The notes below the pieces were generated by a model. The model was not told the DNA's origin, made no database searches, and saw only the letters and a program-made list of their open reading frames with translations. From a virus (Duplodnaviria > Caudoviricetes), in the IMG/VR virus record IMGVR_UViG_3300007177_000042: a DNA stretch of 64,000 bases; one strand, written 5' to 3'. Positions 62,513-64,000 of the stretch are shown here, piece by piece. The position numbers and the translations under genes were made by a program. How positions within the stretch are numbered: the stretch's first letter is position 1; each line of letters starts with the position of its first letter.

Positions 62513-63763
62513 ATGATTTATAAAGCATTTGAACAAGCCGACATTGTAGCGGGAAGAGCGGTAAAAGTTTCTACCGGATTTTTTGAGGGAGGAACGTTAT
62601 TCGCATCACAGTCTTTGTTCGTAACAAGCAGTACACAAGCTACAATCTCCGGATCAAACAGATACGACGTATACAATGGATACTATTATCTTGATGTATT
62701 TCCGTCATCTGCACAGAGTTCATCTGCTGATCAAATCTTTAGTATTGCATATGGAAATGTAAATGGATACGGAACAAGTTATGACGAATATACCAATATT
62801 CAGGTTCGTCCAACTAAGTCTGTGTTTAAACAATACGTAAATTCTCTCAATAACGGTGAAACGTTTTCGGTAAAAACACAAACCGGTGTTGGTGGAACGA
62901 TTTCGTCTGTATCTCTTTCAACCGATTTTGTTGCTTTATCCTTTAATTCTCAAAAAACAAAAGACACATTGGATCCGGGTCAATTTCAATTAACTTTGAC
63001 AAATGATGCAGCAGGAAAGTGTTGGCGTATTATCGATGATTCCACACTCAATAGTGGTTCTCTTGATGTATATAATCTTATTTTGGGCGAGTATGATGCA
63101 AATGGCAACGTGAAGTATTGGAATCCATCTGTTAATCCTACAGGATCTCTGGATCCATCTGGAAATTATACAGGCAGTCTTTCACAAACACAATACTTTC
63201 CATCATACACACTTGCTTCGGGCACCACAACGGGTGGAATTGGATTGTTTTATCCAAAAACAGGAACGATTATTTTTAATCCCGACTTTTTAGCACTGGT
63301 ATCACAATACACAAGCAACATGGCAAATACGATTCCGGTGTTGAGTGCTGCAAGCAACTATAGAAGCACAGCACCATCGTCGGGTGATCCAAATAGACCA
63401 ACGGCACGAGCAGTTTACAATATGGTTCAAGGTGTAGGAACTAATACTGACGAACAAATGAGAATACGTCGATCTGAATATGTTCCTTCACGCCATTATT
63501 TTATACGTGTAAAAAACCGTGAGTTTAATTACAGTAATAATCCAACGTTCTCATATCAATCATCTCAAACTGATGCAAACGGCGTATTTCATCAAAAAGG
63601 TGATATCGTTCAACAAGAATTTTTGACAGATCCTAAAGTATATCCAACGTCTGTTGGATTGTACAATAGTAACAATGAATTGGTTGCTGTGGCTAAATTA
63701 AGTAGACCTTCTCAAAAAACATTCACCAATGAATTGTTGATAAAAGTAAGACTCGACTTTTAA
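62513..63763 (+). CDS. Virion structural protein
   Basis: EFNYSNNPTF...VGLYNSNNELVAVAKLSRP...IKVRLDF. Confidence 0.75.
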   Translation: MIYKAFEQADIVAGRAVKVSTGFFEGGTLFASQSLFVTSSTQATISGSNRYDVYNGYYYLDVFPSSAQSSSADQIFSIAYGNVNGYGTSYDEYTNIQVRPTKSVFKQYVNSLNNGETFSVKTQTGVGGTISSVSLSTDFVALSFNSQKTKDTLDPGQFQLTLTNDAAGKCWRIIDDSTLNSGSLDVYNLILGEYDANGNVKYWNPSVNPTGSLDPSGNYTGSLSQTQYFPSYTLASGTTTGGIGLFYPKTGTIIFNPDFLALVSQYTSNMANTIPVLSAASNYRSTAPSSGDPNRPTARAVYNMVQGVGTNTDEQMRIRRSEYVPSRHYFIRVKNREFNYSNNPTFSYQSSQTDANGVFHQKGDIVQQEFLTDPKVYPTSVGLYNSNNELVAVAKLSRPSQKTFTNELLIKVRLDF

Positions 63764-63767
63764 ATAG

Positions 63768-64000
63768 ATGATTAAGCCAATTCAATCAGATGAAACATTC
63801 AATACACCGTTCATATCACAAAAGTCGTGGGAGTTAACATCCAATGATTCGATATTAACGGTTGAGGATGGTTATTTTGTAAGTAGTAGTTATAACTTCT
63901 ATGATTCATCATCGAGTTATGAATATGGTTATCCATTAGAACCACAAAATCCTAATGGTACTTATAAAAGACTGATATATAATTTAGTAAAAAATGCGTA
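63768..64000 (+). CDS. Structural protein, 3' partial
   Basis: MIKPIQSDETFNTPFISQKSW..., open to the window end. Confidence 0.6.
   Translation, partial: MIKPIQSDETFNTPFISQKSWELTSNDSILTVEDGYFVSSSYNFYDSSSSYEYGYPLEPQNPNGTYKRLIYNLVKNA

Noticed and set aside
1-64000. Genome-wide TAG recoding (code 15)
   Set aside because: Structural genes up to 1410 aa are uninterrupted in code 11 and gene packing is tight; only the suppressor tRNA hints at read-through.
1-64000. CRISPR array, rRNA or IS/transposon
   Set aside because: No regularly spaced direct repeats with unique spacers, no rRNA-length conserved sequence, and no transposase or terminal inverted repeats; the TnsA-like ORF looks like a stand-alone homing endonuclease.

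Overview
This window is 64 kb of a large (jumbo-type) myovirus-like bacteriophage genome, AT-rich and mostly + strand. Several proteins weakly suggest a PVC/Verrucomicrobia host. (1) 1-12.7 kb is an early/host-takeover region of about 35 tiny ORFs, most with their own sigma70-like promoter of fixed geometry (typically TTGACw-N16-TAnnnT-N9-ATG, near-leaderless), plus a repeated pseudoknot-forming element. (2) 12.8-13.1 kb has a C-rich to G-rich skew flip with palindromes, a candidate origin or terminus. (3) 16.9-40.3 kb is an RNA-gene island with about 58 tRNA or tRNA-like genes covering all 20 amino acids (one further tRNA-Lys lies at 8042), an amber suppressor, tmRNA, a divergent RNase P RNA, a GOLLD-like giant RNA with an embedded tRNA-like domain, and many unannotated structured RNAs. 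It is interspersed with sugar-modification enzymes, two homing-type endonucleases, an outer-membrane beta-barrel, FeoA and an FlbD-like protein. (4) 40-48.5 kb holds PhoH, HD, GT60-like glycosyltransferase, Hsp20 and a sigma-like gene. (5) 49-64 kb is a baseplate/virion structural module. The most striking signals are RNA-level: at least 8 copies of a covarying motif (stem-wwAGA-[hairpin]-GAMC-[var]-GTGARATC-stem), a set of tRNA-scaffolded RNAs whose anticodon arm is replaced by an ornate domain, a second two-copy RNA motif heading both main tRNA operons, and a phage rnpB. All calls were made by eye; no database searches were run.
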